Assembly: GCA_977017645.1 (NCBI GenBank)
Contig: OZ360220.1
Span: 157,852,001 to 157,916,000 of the forward strand
Direction: 5' to 3'
DNA length: 64,000 nucleotides
Source: Torpedo marmorata
Taxonomy: Eukaryota
Position 1 is the stretch's first letter. The number at the start of each line of letters is the position of its first letter. Below, piece after piece: positions 12,610 through 25,633 of this stretch. The translations under genes were made by a program, and so were the position numbers. The notes under the pieces were generated by a model. The model had not been told where the DNA came from and searched no databases. It saw only the letters and a list, made by a program, of their open reading frames with translations.

Positions 12610-13606
12610 GTAGGAAGTGAATGGGCTAACCTTAGCAGCATAGGTCACTCTCACTGATTGTTAGTGTTGAAAACTTGGGTGCAGGTTATTTGCTGAGTTT
12701 GGTTCAACGTCAATTATCTTGTTAAATTCCCACCTGAAGGATTGATTAAATTGTACAAAAAAGATTTCCTAAATTAAACATTGAGTGATAGATTTTATAA
12801 AAGCCTTGCTTTATAAATGGATTTGTGTTTTTTTTAAGCTGTCCTGTGTCTTTATATGAGCTGGAAAGTTATTATCGCTTCTGGTTGTGAACAGCTGCAC
12901 GGTGTTGGTGGTTTCGCAAGCTGCCTAGAAATTTTCCAGATTTCTTTCCGAAAAGCAGGCTTTTGCTTTAGTGCCCTCTTATTGGAGGTGATGATTTTTT
13001 AATGAGATCAGCTTCCTCGAGTTTTTGCTTCAGCGCTGAAATGAGGTGAGCTCCTGGTGCTGTAGTGGATTGGTTGTCATCATTATGGACCAAGACTTTA
13101 ACACTATCCTTGAAAGTTACATCCTTGCATGTGCTCAGTTTGATGGCTATGCAAATGATTTTGATTGCTGAGTACAGTCCCATTCTACTCAAAGGAATGA
13201 AGAGGGAAGAAACGACAACATTGAACAAATTTCATTCTTTTAATTCCATTTTAACTTAATAATTATTTTAGAAATGACAATAAGGTGCTGGAAATTTTAC
13301 AATGTTAACTAACTTTCTAGAAGAACAAAAAAATGCTGCTGAATACTGCTCCATCCTGCGTATCTGAGTAATTCCTTAATGCTCAGTTAACCGCCAGTAT
13401 ATGATTCCTTTACTAAGCCCCATTATCCCGCTGCACATAAAAATGACCATCATTATACTGGCGATACTTCACTGCAGTTATTTTGAGTGCCTGGCTATAT
13501 TCGGATATTTGCCACTTGCAGGAATGTATGAGTCTTTCCTGCAAGGAGGTTAATTTACAGTCTTCAAAATTCCTGTGGGTAACTGCACTTCATCGATGTC
13601 AAGAGT

Positions 13607-13840
13607 AGCTATTTACAGCGCCAGCAATCGGGACCGGACCGGGGTTCGAGTCCTGCTCTGTCTGTAAGGAGTTTGTACGTTCTCCCCTTGTCTGCGTGGG
13701 TTTTCTCCGGGGGCTCCGGTTTCCTCCCACTGTTCAAAATGTACCAGGGGTGTAAGTTAATGGGGTGTAAATTGGGCGGCACGGACTCGTGGGCCGAAAT
13801 GGCCTGTTACCGTGCTGTATGTCTAAATTTTAAAAAATTT
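13607..13840 (+). mobile_element. V-SINE (HE1-like tRNA-derived SINE), 5'-truncated
   Basis: B-box GGGTTCGAGTCC, V-domain GGGTTTTCTCCGGGGGCTCCGGTTTCCTCCCAC, CR1-like tail GGGCCGAAATGGCCTGTT..GTGCTGTA. Confidence 0.8.
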
Positions 13841-14433
13841 AAGCTGTTCTCTCAAAAAAATTTCACCCATGGGTGAATAACTAACTTGATATTGCTGATT
13901 CATGGAAAACAAATGAAGCCGCTTTTCCTGTTTTGGAAAATGGATTGTAACCTTTTCCTTTCCTGTCACTTGCCAGTAACATGACAGTGGTTGGGTTCAC
14001 AGTCCCCATGTGAAATGCCCAAGGAATTTAAAACAGTTGAAATACACCACCTGCAGTTTATATTCTGTTTGCAGCCTATGGGGTTCTGAGCCAGTAGGTT
14101 TATGCAGTATGTGACGGCAATCTATTATTTACAATGTTAAGATCTCTGATGGTATTAATAGCTAGGCATGGTGAATTAGAAGCTTTCGTTCTGTGGAAAA
14201 AACCCTTCAATTCCTGAATTGCAACTCGTTATTCAACCGTGCACATTGTCTGCAAACAAGAGTACAGTTTGAATCAGTAGCATATTCTTCACTTCTGTCT
14301 GATTTACAGATTATTTTAATTAGCTCAAGCTCATTAATTGTGTTTTGACACCACAAGAATTGTACTTCAAATACTCTGATTCCTTTAGTGTCCTGCTTTG
14401 AGAATGTCACATATATGAACTGTTGTTTTCCAG

Positions 14434-14524
14434 TTCATTGATGGTCGACTGGATCTCCTGAATTCTGGAGAAGGGTTTAGTGATATTTTTGAAGAGGAGA
14501 TAAACAATGGTGAATATGCAGGAG
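14434..14524 (+). CDS. dennd1a: DENND1A exon (FIDGRLDLLNSGEGFSDIFEEEINNGEYAG), contains AP-2-binding FxDxF motif
   Basis: tgttgttttccag| ... GAG|gtaagg; 91 nt, phase 0-1; near-identical to remembered DENND1A sequence. Confidence 0.95.
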
Positions 14525-14586
14525 GTAAGGTTTGACTAAGCGCACTTCACGTTTTCAAAACTGTGGAAGGCAATTTAGGGCTGAAC

Positions 14587-15417
14587 ATTCAAGATTCAAG
14601 ATTCAATTTATTGTCATAGCAATAAGACAGTGTCATATACCACAAAATTTCTTTTTGCCTGCTGCAAGGCAGACAGATTCGCCATCGGCAGAAATTGCCT
14701 AAGCGCCTCTAACATTCCTTACAGTCAGAGAAAGAGAAGCAAAAGAGAGTCCCCCCAGAGTCGCCTCCAGCGCTTCCGCAGCCACACAGAGTCCAGTCCA
14801 AACGATCGGCATCCCGAGCTCCAGATCCAAACCTCCAATACGGTCAGGTCGCCCTCGGCACCCCCTCACATCCCGGTTCCGATACCTGGTACTCCTCCAG
14901 CCAGTTCGAGCCAACCTCCAGCAGTCCGCAGCCCGTTGTGAGTCCCCCGTCAGCAGTCACCAGCAGCCCACAGCCTCCGCGGGTTCCTCGCCTCGAGTCG
15001 CCAGCAGCCCACCGCATGCACTGGTCCTTCAGCCTCAGAGCCCCTCACCGGTCCGCTGCTGTGCTCACCGTTCCGTGGGTCGTCTCCTCCGCTTCTCCTT
15101 CTCAGACGGGGGTGATCTTCCCGTCCACTGGTGCCCTGCTCCAGTCCCCCGCTTCCCCGGAGTCTGCAGCCCCTCGTGGCTGCTGCCGATTAATAGGCGC
15201 TGCCATCTTGGGCGCAGACCCCGCGGTCGCGGGATCTCAAATAAAACCACCGTCAGCTCCTTTAACGGGCTGTTCAAAGCCCGTGCGGAACCGACGGCAG
15301 TCGACTGGGCGGCTGGACCCCGCGGGAGCGCTGTATCTCCGCTCCCACGCTCCCCGCGTGTCCGCACCAGCGGCAGCGCTGCCGCTACAGCGGCTCCGGC
15401 AGCGCCGCCATCTTCAA
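14587..15417 (-). mobile_element. ~0.8 kb GC-rich non-autonomous retroposon, copy 2
   Basis: Reverse complement of copy 1. Its tail ends ~62 nt downstream of the exon donor at 14524. Possible short TSD ACATT (14585-14589 / 15419-15423). Confidence 0.9.
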
Positions 15418-15955
15418 CACATTTGACAGCTCATTGTCCTGTATTCTCGCAGATTGCACTAAAGCTAACATTGAAGGAGCAAAATTATCTCTATTATGGA
15501 TACATGATGATCGTTATTAAGTTTGATTAACTTGCATTTAACACCACAGTTACAACTTATTTGACCATGATCTATCCAACAAGCAAAGTCTAATTGTAAT
15601 TGTTAATGTCACCTAAGGCACATTAATTGATATAAAAATTATATTTCTTGATGAGGATATTAAGCCTGTTCTTGGAATCATTTAAATAAAATATGCGGTC
15701 TTTTTGTAGTGTAGGTATTGCAGTTAGAAAAAAAACACATTAAGGTTTATTGGTTTTAGTTATTAGTGTTTTCAGAAATGTTCTGAGAACATCCAATAAT
15801 GGAATATGCAACACAAGAGAACAGTAACAGGAGTAGGACTCTCAGTCCCTCTTGCCTGCCCTGTCAGTCAATGTTATCTTGGTGGATCTGACCCAGGCCT
15901 CATCTTTTATGTGCCATTTCCCCACTGCTGTCAATTCCCATAACTTTAGCAATGT

Positions 15956-16756
15956 AATGGCGGCGCTGCGTGGGAGCGGAGATACAGCGCTCCCGCGGGG
16001 TCCAGCCGCCCAGTTGACTGCCGTCGGTTCCGCACGGGCTTTAAAGGAGCCGATGGTGGTTTTATATAAGATCCCGCGACCACGGGGTCTGCGCCCAAGA
16101 TGGCAGCGCCTTTTAACCGGCAGCAGCCACGAGGGGCTGCAGATTCCGGGGAAGCGGAGGACTGGAGCAGGGCACCAGAGGACGGGAAGATCACCCCCAG
16201 TCTGAGAAGGAGAAGCGGAGGAGACGACCCACGGGACGGTGACCACGGCGGCGGACCGGTGAGGGGCTCTGAGTCTGAAGGACCAGTGCATGTGGCGGGC
16301 TGCTGGCGACTCGAGGCGAGGAACCCGCGGAGGCTATGGGCTGCTGGAGACTGCTGTCGGGGGACTCACGCTGGGCTGCGGACTGCTGGAGGTTGGCTCA
16401 AACTGGCTGGAGGAGTACCAGGTATCGGAACTGGGATGCGAGGGGGTGCCGAGGGCGACCTGACCATGTTGGAGGTTCGAATCTGGAGCTCGGGTTGCCG
16501 ATGGTTTGGACCGGACTCTGTGTGGCTGCGGAGGCTGCGGAGGCTGCGGAAGCGCTGGAGGCGAATCTACGGACACTCGGTGACTCTGGGGGGACTCTCT
16601 TTTGCTTCTCTTTCTCTGACTGTAAGGAATGTTAGAGGCGCTTAGGCAATTTCTGCCGGTGGCGAATCTGTCTGCCTTGCAGCAGGCAGAAAGAAATTTC
16701 ATGGAATATGACACTGTCTTATTACTATGACAATAAATTGAATCTTGAATCTTGAA
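15956..16756 (+). mobile_element. ~0.8 kb GC-rich non-autonomous retroposon, copy 3 (inserted in an old - strand CR1 tail remnant)
   Basis: ATGGCGGCGCTG head and GACAATAAATTGAATCTTGAATCTTGAA tail; three GGCTGCGGA units. Confidence 0.9.
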
Positions 16757-17029
16757 CAATCTATCTACTTGCTCTTTAAATGTGTCCAAGGATCTAGTCT
16801 CTATAACCTGTGGGGTAGAAAATTCCGGAGATTCATCACTCTCCCTTTACCTCCTTTCATTTATGTTTCTTTCAGAGAGATCAGCAGCAATTAACAAGCC
16901 TTCACCACCCTCTCTCAGTCCAGAGCCAACATTTAGTCTTTCTTTGCCTCAAACCTGTGACAATTATTGCCCTCTCCTCTCCACCCAACTACCTTCTCTC
17001 ATACTTAAAGAGATTTCTAACTTTTTCTC

Positions 17030-17150
17030 ATTTGGATTTAAGGTCATTGTCCTAAAATGTTAACTCAGTTTCTGTCTCAAAGATGCTGCTGGACCTGCTG
17101 TTATAATATTTTTTTAAATTTCAGATTTATAGCATCTGCACTTTTTTAGT
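17030..17150 (+). mobile_element. Penelope-derived terminal fragment (old)
   Basis: AAATGTTAACTC...GATGCTGCTGGACCTGCTG...AGCATCTGCA. Confidence 0.5.
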
Positions 17151-17571
17151 TTTTGATTTTGATGATACAGTACTAAATAATTGTGGACTGTCACAGTTTT
17201 GGGAAAACAATTAAGCATCTGAAGTTTGTTGTAAAGCATTTTAACTACAGTTGGTTCACTAACCTAAAATTAAATCTAAAATTTGTTGTATGAAACAAAT
17301 AGTTATAAATATATTTATGTGGATATAAACTGCAGCATGAACTCTAAGTCTCTCAGTTTGCTCAGCATCAAAGACCAGTGTAAAAAATGGCACTAACAAT
17401 GTACTTATAAGCTCTAAAGATAATTTTATGGCATTTTATCACTTTATTATTGTGAAAATAAAAAATCAATTCACATATTTACATTTTAAAAAGTAAAGGT
17501 TAATTTACAAGCCAATAACTTGAAATTTGAAAAATTGCTTATTAACTTTGAGCAGGATAATTTGTTTTTAG

Positions 17572-17740
17572 TGTATGGGTAGATGGATGTTAGATTTTTG
17601 CATAGTAGGGGAATTAAGTGTGATGCGGAAAAGGCAGGTCATTGGAACTGAGTCCATGGCCAGATCAGCCATGATCTTATTGAATGGCGGAAGGCTCGAC
17701 GGGCCAGATGGCCAACTCCTGCTCCTTCTTAGGTTCTTAT
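17572..17740 (+). mobile_element. CR1 3' tail fragment
   Basis: AGATCAGCCATGATCTTATTGAATGGCGGA...GGCCAGATGGCCAACTCCTGCTCCT..TTCTTATG, a typical elasmobranch CR1 3'UTR. Confidence 0.75.
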
Positions 17741-18819
17741 GCATTATAAAGCAGTCATGTTCAAATATGTAAATTCTGATTAATTTTACCCACAAGCAAT
17801 TTCCCTCTACTCCATCTGACCCCTTCCACTCATGCTGGATATTCCTGTGATGTAAATTGAATTGCACCTTTTATAAGCACCGTGCCTATTATTTAAATCG
17901 TTCAATAAAAGATCTTGTATGAAAAACGTTGGCACCTTACGAAGAATAAAAAGACGGATCATTCTATTCTTTAACTGTTTTACATTTTAGTGTTCTCATT
18001 GTTTTTAATCTTTTTTAATCCTCACTCTAATCCTTCCATCTGTGATGTTACAGTTCTCAGCAGACACATTCTCCTTTAGTGACACTCTTGCTGTGTGTAA
18101 TTACTACTGCTAGGTCTGAAGGTGTATTGTAGTAAAGTGACCTAGAGATAGTGAAATCTCAGACTTTTGGCAAGTCAGTGTTGGGTGGAAACTAGCTATC
18201 ACACAGCAGGGCTTTAAGTGTGCTAATGAGGAAGGATACTGTACAGGGGGGAAAATTATGATAGAAGGAAAAAAGGCTGCATAAAGACAAAAGAAAAAAA
18301 TTACAAATAGTTTGAGCAGAGGTTCATATCAGGGTCAACAAAATTAAAATAACTGGAATAAAAAATGACTGGAAGAGACATTTTTTGAAAGGACAGAAAT
18401 GAAAGCTTAGTGTTCAAAGAACAAAATAAAGAATAAAGAAAATCTATGATCAAAATGGAAGAGATAAGATGTATTTAATGATTTTTCAACATTTTAAAAT
18501 TATAAATTCGTTATGCTTTCATGCTCAAGTATTAAGATTGAATTTCAATATTGACTTTCAAAATTAGTTAACTGCATCCTGTCAGAGTTGACGCTGAACG
18601 TGGCATAAGATGTATTTGACAGTTAGGATAGATGAATATATCTAAAATCTAAGCACAATTGCAGCAGGAGTTAGTTCATGTCACAGAGTGGAATATTTGT
18701 TGGGCACGAATATTATTCCATCATAATTCTTCTGATTAAAAAAAAGATGAACGCAAAAAACCTCTGAAGGCAAAAAAAAACTATCTGATGATAATGTTTG
18801 TGAAAGATGTAAGTGCACG

Positions 18820-19120
18820 ATAGCATTGAGCCATTGATCTAATGGTAATGAGTTCAAGTTCTACCATGGCAGCTGGGGAATTCAAATTCAGTTAATGAAA
18901 TGAGCATGGAATAAAAAGTGAGTAATAGTAACAATGACCGTGAAACGACTGGATTGTCTTCAGAAAACATCTGGTTCACTTGCTCTTCCATGGAAGGAAA
19001 TCTGCCATACTTACCCTGTCTGATTCTTAACCTACCCTTACAAAGTCCAAGCAATCCACACAATTCAAGGGGTATTGACAATGAATCCTGACCTTGCCAT
19101 GACCAAATTAAAAAAACTGA
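18820..19120 (+). mobile_element. Ancient elasmobranch SINE remnant (family not determined)
   Basis: B-box-like GAGTTCAAGTTC followed by ACCATGGCAGCTGGGGAATTCAAATTCAG and ATCTGGTTCACT..GGAAGGAAATCTGCC. A related - strand piece lies near 39290-39370. Confidence 0.5.
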
Positions 19121-20008
19121 TAAGATGGAAGGCATGTCTAGCAATAATGCATACATGTTAGTGGGGCATTAGTATAAAGGAAAGGAGGAAAGAAGCCCAG
19201 AGGAGTGGGAACAGATTCAGGAGAGTTGATTTAATATTTTTCTTTCTTTTGTTCATCTCTTTTCTATCAATATTTTCTTGCTCTATCATTGTTACGGGGC
19301 AATAAATCTGGATCTCCTTATGCACACTGTGAGAGTACCTTCACAGAAGGAAGCGTGACAGTGCCTTCTCAAGGTCAATTAGTGATAACTCAGTGAATGT
19401 GGGGAATGCCTGAGTCCTATAAATGGAAGAAGTGGGCAGACTTTGCCAACCTAAGTCATGCCAAGAAGCAAATTTATGGCACTGCAATCAGTTTACACTG
19501 GACTGACCAGTTCACATTCACAAGCTTGCAGGAAAGGTTCGTGTTTCACATTTTCTGATATAAGAAAAAGCTTATAAACAGAGTTACATAAAAGGGGGAA
19601 AAATTTGACAATGGAAAATGATAAAAGCAAACAAAGTGGAAATGTCCAGCAAAGATGATAGAAAATAAGAATATAAGAAAATGTGTTGTGCAAAGTGATA
19701 CAAAATATTTCCTGCCAGTAATGGATTTCCAGCTGTCTCTCTGTTCTAGCCACCTCTCTAACTGCTTGCCTTTTGCTATAATCCATAGCAGGTCCTTGCA
19801 CTCCTGGAGAGCACCAACTTATTTAATGGTCAGTAGTGTTCAGCCCAAATAGAAATAAAAGGCAATGTGGAATTCCAGCAGTGTACACACTTGACTGGGT
19901 TGCACCTAATTAAACAAATTTTGAATGGACTCTGCAATAAAATACATTAGAAAATATGACTTGATTGTTGCTTAGAATGTAAGTAAGACACCTTTCTGCT
20001 TTAAGTAG

Positions 20009-20049
20009 GAAGCAACAAATCATATCACCAGTGGCTGTTCACAGTGAAG
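20009..20049 (+). CDS. dennd1a: DENND1A exon ((G)SNKSYHQWLFTVK)
   Basis: tttctgctttaagtag| ... AAG|gtgagt; 41 nt (44 if the upstream AAG is used), phase 1-0. Matches GSDKLYHQWLSTVRK-type sequence. Confidence 0.92.
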
Positions 20050-20146
20050 GTGAGTGGAATCTTATTATTTTCCCTGGAATTGAATGTTCATAAAATTCTT
20101 GTCAAATGAATAAACCCAAAGTTAAATTAGTTTCCATGTTAATGAA

Positions 20147-22420
20147 ATAGAACATACAGCACAGTACTGGCCCTTCAGCCCTCGATGTTGTGCCAACCTA
20201 TATATTCCTTCTTTTAAAAAAAGTACTAAAACATCCCTACCTCGTAACCCTCTATTTTTCTTTCATCTATGTGTCTGTCTAAGAGTCTCTTAAATGCCCC
20301 CAATTTTTCAGCCTCCACCACCATACAAGGCATTCCAGGCACCCACAACTCTCTGTGCAAAAAACTTACCCCTGATGTCTCCCCTAAACTTCCCTCCCTT
20401 AACTTTGTACTTATGTCCTCTGGTGTTTGTTGATCCTGCCCTGGGAAACAGGTGCTGGCTGTCCACCCTATCTATGCCTCTCATAATCTTGTAGACCTCT
20501 ATCAAGTCTCCTCTCATCCTTCTACGCTCCAAAGAGAAAAGTCCCAGCTCTGCTAACCTTGCCTCATAAGACTTGTTTCCCAATCCAGGCAACATCCTGG
20601 TAATTCTCCTCTGCACCCTCTCCACACCTTCCACATCCTTCCTATAATGGGGTGACCAGAACTGAACACAATACTCTTAAGTGTGGTCTTACCAGAGATT
20701 TGTAGAGTTGCAACATGACCTCTCTACTCCTGAATTCAATCCCTATATTAATGAATCCCAGCATCCCATAGGCCTTCTTAACTATCCTATCAACCTGTGC
20801 GGCAACCTTGAGGGATGTATGGATTTGAACCCCAAGGTCCCTCTGTTCATCCACACTCTTAAGTAACCGACCATTAACCCTGTACTCAGCCTTCTCATTT
20901 GTCCTTCCAAAATGCATCACCTCACATTTATCCAGATTGAAATCCATCTGCCACTTTTCTGCCCAACTCTGCATCCTGTCTATATCCTCTTGTAACCTTC
21001 GACAACCTTCAGCTCCATCCACAACTCTTCCAACCTTCGTGTCATCCGCAAACTTACTGACCATCATTCCGCCTCTTCATCCAGGTCATTTATAAAAATC
21101 ACAAAGAGCAGGGGTCCCAGAACAGATCCTTGCGGCACTTCACTAGTCACCGATCTTCAGGCAGAATACTTTCCTTCCACTACTACTCTCTGCTTTCTTC
21201 CTACAAGCCAATTTTTTATCCACACAGCCAAGGTTCCACTGATCCCGTGCCTCATGACTTTCTGGATGAGTCTCTCGTGGGGGACCTTGTCAAATGCCTT
21301 GCTAAAATCCATGTCGACCACATCTACCACCCTACCCTCATCAATTTCTTTTGTTACCTCCTCAAAAAACTCAATTAGACTCATAAGGCACAACCTTCCC
21401 TTCACAAAGTCATGCTGACTATCCTTGAGTAGACTGTACTTCTCCAAATGCTCATAGATCCTATCCTTAAGAATCCTCTCCATAAGTTTGCACACCACTG
21501 ACCTAAGACTCACCGGTCTATAATTCCCAGGATTCTCTCTATTACCTTTTTTAAACAAGGGGACTACGTTTGCCATTCTGCAATCCTCCTGCACTTCCCC
21601 TGTGGCCAAAGAGGATTCAAAGATCATAGCTACTGCCCCAGCTATCTCTTCTCTCACTTCCCACACCACCCTGGGGTATATCGCGTCCGGCCCCAGGGAC
21701 TTATCAATCTTGATGTTTTTAAGAAGATTCAACACTTCCACTTCCTTAATCTCCACATTGTCCAGCACACAGGCCTGTTCAATTTCGACCTCACCGTGTT
21801 CAAGGTCCTTTTCTCTTGTGAATACTGACGCAAAGTATTCATTTAGGACCTCCCCAACCTCCTCTGTCTCCAGGCACATGTTGCCTCCTTTATCCTTTAG
21901 CGGCCCCACCTTCATTCTCGTCATCCTTCCGTTCTTCACATACGCATAGAACACCTTGGGGTTCTCCTTAATTCTACATGCCAAGGCCCTCTCATGCCCC
22001 CTTCGAGCTCTCCTAAGTCCTTTCTTAAGCTCCTTCCTGGCTACCATATACTTCTCATGAACCCTTCCTGTTTCCTACTTCTTATATCTAATGTATGTTT
22101 CCTTCTTCCTCTTGACTAGTTGCCTCGCCTGTTTCGTCAGCCACGGTTCCCTTTTTCTACCATCTTATCCTTGTCCCAGTAGGACAAACCTATCTTGAAC
22201 CCTGCACAAGTGGTCCCTAAACTTCCTCCACATTACATCTGTGCTTTCACCCTTAAACATCTGTTTCCAACTTATTCTCACTAGTTCCTGCCTCATCCCT
22301 TCATAATTAGCCCATCCCCAGTTAAGCACTTTCCCAGTTTGACTGTTTTTATGCTTTTCCATAACTATGTTGAACTAAGGGAGAGTTGTGATCACTCTCA
22401 CCAAAATGCTCCCCCACCGA
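20147..22420 (-). mobile_element. CR1 LINE, 5'-truncated
   Basis: ORFs 21157-22047 (NYRPVSL, MDFSKAFDKVPH), 20642-21067 (SKFADDTK) and 20308-20634; tail at ~20147. Confidence 0.95.
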
Positions 22421-22779
22421 GAAATGTTTCAGCTTCTGTCTTTTAAGAATCCCTAAAAATTCTGAATGTGAATTGATTCACTTCACTTGATCATGGGATG
22501 GTGTATTATCAATATTACCTGGATATAGAGTCTATTTGTATAATTTGATTACATTGCACACCGTTCTTCTGGATTCTCCCAAGCCTGTATGACTGGTCTC
22601 CATCACGTGCTTTCTTGAGTTCGTTGCTAGGGAGAACATGTGCAGGTGCTTTAGTGAATTGCACTGAATGATGTTCTTTGCTTACCTGTGTTTTGGTCTC
22701 TGCTGCTTTCAGAGTTGGTGGGGGTTGGGGTTTAGGGGCAAGGCAATGGTGGGTAGAGATAGGGTGGAACGCAACAATA

Positions 22780-23305
22780 AAGAAATCTTGTCACAGCTGC
22801 ACAGGATGAGACCCCACCTGGAGTCCTGTGTCCAAATTGATCTCTTCATTTAAGGAGGAATATATCTCCCTTGGAGACAGTGCAGAGAAGGTTACCTCAA
22901 TAGTTACAGGTAAGAAGAGGATACCTATGAATTAAACAGATTGGGCCTTTCGAATTTAGAAGAATGAAAGGAAATCTTATTGAGATGTGTGATCTGAGGA
23001 GGCTTGACCTGAAACTGCTGAGAAGGATTTTCCACTGGGAGGAAAAGGACCAGAGGACTAGACTCGGGATAAAGGGCTGCACATTTAATACTGAGATGAG
23101 GAGGAATATTTTAATTCAGCATTGTTTAGAATCTTTGGGATTTCCCTCCCCAGGGAGAACGGTCAAAGCTGAGATGGAGCGATTTATATACAGTACGTTT
23201 AGCAGTACTAAAGATAATGAGGAGAAAGTGGGAAAGTGGAGGTCATGATCAGATCATCGAAGGAACATTATGGCGGACTCCTCACTCCTATTCTTTGTGT
23301 TACTG
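22780..23305 (+). mobile_element. Old CR1 3' fragment
   Basis: RPHLESCVQ and KGNLIE motifs; decayed 3'UTR. Confidence 0.65.
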
Positions 23306-23817
23306 CAGCCCATAACATTTGGGGAATTGCAGCAATCACCTTCTATTCTGTGGTCTTGTGAAGCAAAGCCAACACACCGATCCCTATCTGTCATTTGGAA
23401 ATCATCTTTTTCATCACTTTCTCAATACACTTGAGTGCCTATTTCCAATTTTAAAAAAAATATTTCACAATGCTGCGGCATACTCTGCTGACTTTTGCAG
23501 TAACGTCCAGTTGCTTCAAAACAATACTCAATTAAAAATTATGATCCTGCTGAGTTATGGCATTACACATTATCTGTGGTTTTGTGCATCAGGATGTGAT
23601 GAGAGATGAATAATTTCTTCATTTTCCCCCAAAAAAATGAACAAAAGGACTGGAAGAGCACACATTAAGTTTGAAATATGAAGATGTTTCAAGCTCACAT
23701 GACACTAGTTGCAAAGTTCTGTTGCTAATTTTGTATATTGTATAAGTGCAGAAAACAATATTGAATGCATAAAAATGCTTTGTTTCTTCACTGAAAAATA
23801 TCTAAAATTTCTGGGCA

Positions 23818-24308
23818 CAGGATGTGGAAGCTATGGAGAGGGTGCAAAAGAGATTTACCAGGATGTTGCCTGGATTGGAAAGCAAGTCTTATGAGGCAAG
23901 GTTAGCAGAGCTGGGACTTTTCTCTTTGGAGCGTAAGAGACTTGATGGAGGTCTACAAGATTATGAGAGGCATAGATAGGGTGGACAGCCAGCACCTGTT
24001 TCCCAGGGCAGGATCAGCAAACACCAGAGGACATATGTACAAAGTTAAGGGAGGGAAGTTTAGGGGAGACATCAGGGGTAAGTTGTGGGTGCCTAGAATG
24101 CCTTGCCGGGGATGGTGGTGGAGGCTGAATCATTGGGGGCATTTAAGAGACTCTTAGACAGACACATGGATGAAGGAAAAATAGAGGGTTACAGGGTAGG
24201 GAGGGTTTAGTTCTTTTTTTTTAGGAAGGAATATATGGGTCAGCACAACATCGAGGACCGAAAGGCCTGTTCTGTGCTGTATTGTTCTATGTATGTTCTA
24301 TGTTCTAT
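23818..24308 (+). mobile_element. CR1 LINE 3' fragment
   Basis: EVYKIMRGIDRVDSQHLFPRAG; (GTTCTAT)n tail. Confidence 0.9.
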
Positions 24309-25114
24309 TTGAAACTAGGGGAATTCCAATGCATGTTTTGTCAGGAGACAGAAATATTAGCACCTGATTTCTACTAACTGTCTGCAGTCTGGAAATTTGC
24401 TGCTCTGAATAAAGCCCTCACAATTTTGAAAGATCAAAGTTGGGCTTTGCTATGTGCGAATGGTTTGCCGAATTTCAATGAGGAGCTAGTTGCAGCCCAT
24501 TCGTCTGGCCTGATTAGGACTTGAGGATGATCAGCCAAAGCAATCTGGAGGAGGGTATTTGAGTTCATGGGTAATGCAAGGCACAAGCGCAGGCTGCAGG
24601 TTCCAATCAGCAAGATCCAGGTCATAGAATCTTGGAATCTCAGAAGCCATTTAACTCTACAGCAATCCATTGAAATCCTGTCATTATTTCAGAAGTACAT
24701 TCCGGATGCTAGAGAAATATTTCTCCAGATCTTTGTCCTGATGTCTTAATTTTTCAACCTTATTACTGAACAATCCAACGATGGAAGCAGTTTCTCCTTG
24801 TTTATTCTAACAATAAATCTGAACATAAGTATTAAATTTCCCACTTTACTTTCCTTTTCTCACAACAACAATCCCAACTTCTCTTCCCATTTAACTGGTC
24901 TCTCCTCCTTGGTATTATCTGGCATGTCTCCTCTGGCAGATTGACATTCTTGGTTGATTTTTGTTTCATAGCTTTGCAATGAAAGTGTTCAGGGTTATGG
25001 AGCCATTTGAGAGCATTAGTCATGTTTCAAGTTCAGCCAAGTTTTCATAATTATTTTAATCCCTTGTCCCAATGTTATTGTCAATCGTCTTTTATGTTCA
25101 GAAATTAAAAGAGG

Positions 25115-25340
25115 TTATGCTGGAAACATTCTGCAAATCAGGCAGCATGTGGGAAAGAGACTTCTGGACATTTCTGGTTGAAGCTACTTCATCAGTACCC
25201 GAACAATGACCAGTTCAGATGAAGAGACTTCGTTCTGAAATATTAACTCTGTTTCCCTTCCCACAGATACTGCCTGACTTGTTGATTGCTTACAGTATTT
25301 TCTCTATTTATTTTAGATTTTAGCATCTGCTGTTTCCTTT
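25115..25340. mobile_element. Palindromic Penelope-derived mini-element (degenerate) with hammerhead-like cores on both arms
   Basis: - arm reads CTGATGAAGTAGCTTCAACCAGAAATGTC; + arm reads CAGATGAAGAGACTTCGTTCTGAAATATT. Flanks match the PLE terminus. Confidence 0.6.
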
Positions 25341-25633
25341 TTGTTTTTTCCATGTAATAGCATCTTAGCATGAGTATATTTGATACCATTTGGGCATAAT
25401 GGTAAGTTAGAATTTTCACAGTTTTTGAAATTTATGCGCTTTGCATCAGGCAGCTGTTGCAACTACGTTATGTCTGGATATGTTGCAATTAGGCCAGGGA
25501 TATGTCACCATCCCTGAGTGTTGCAGGGAGATTATTGCTTTAAAAAATGAGGGCTATGATTCTCTGTCTGAAATGTTGTGTTTGCTATATTCATGTCTGT
25601 GATGTTTACAATGTTCACTTATGGCATGCAAAT

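Noticed and set aside
16474-16484. Pol III B-box-like GGTTCGAATC inside the 0.8 kb element
   Set aside because: Only one copy has this exact form (others read GTTCGGATC or GTTTGGATC), it lies ~500 nt from the 5' end, and no A-box is suitably placed.
16100-16645. 181-aa ORF spanning most of retroposon copy 3, starting at the second AAGATGGC
   Set aside because: The frame is broken by different indels in the other copies, no domain is recognisable, and GC-rich sequence yields long frames on both strands.
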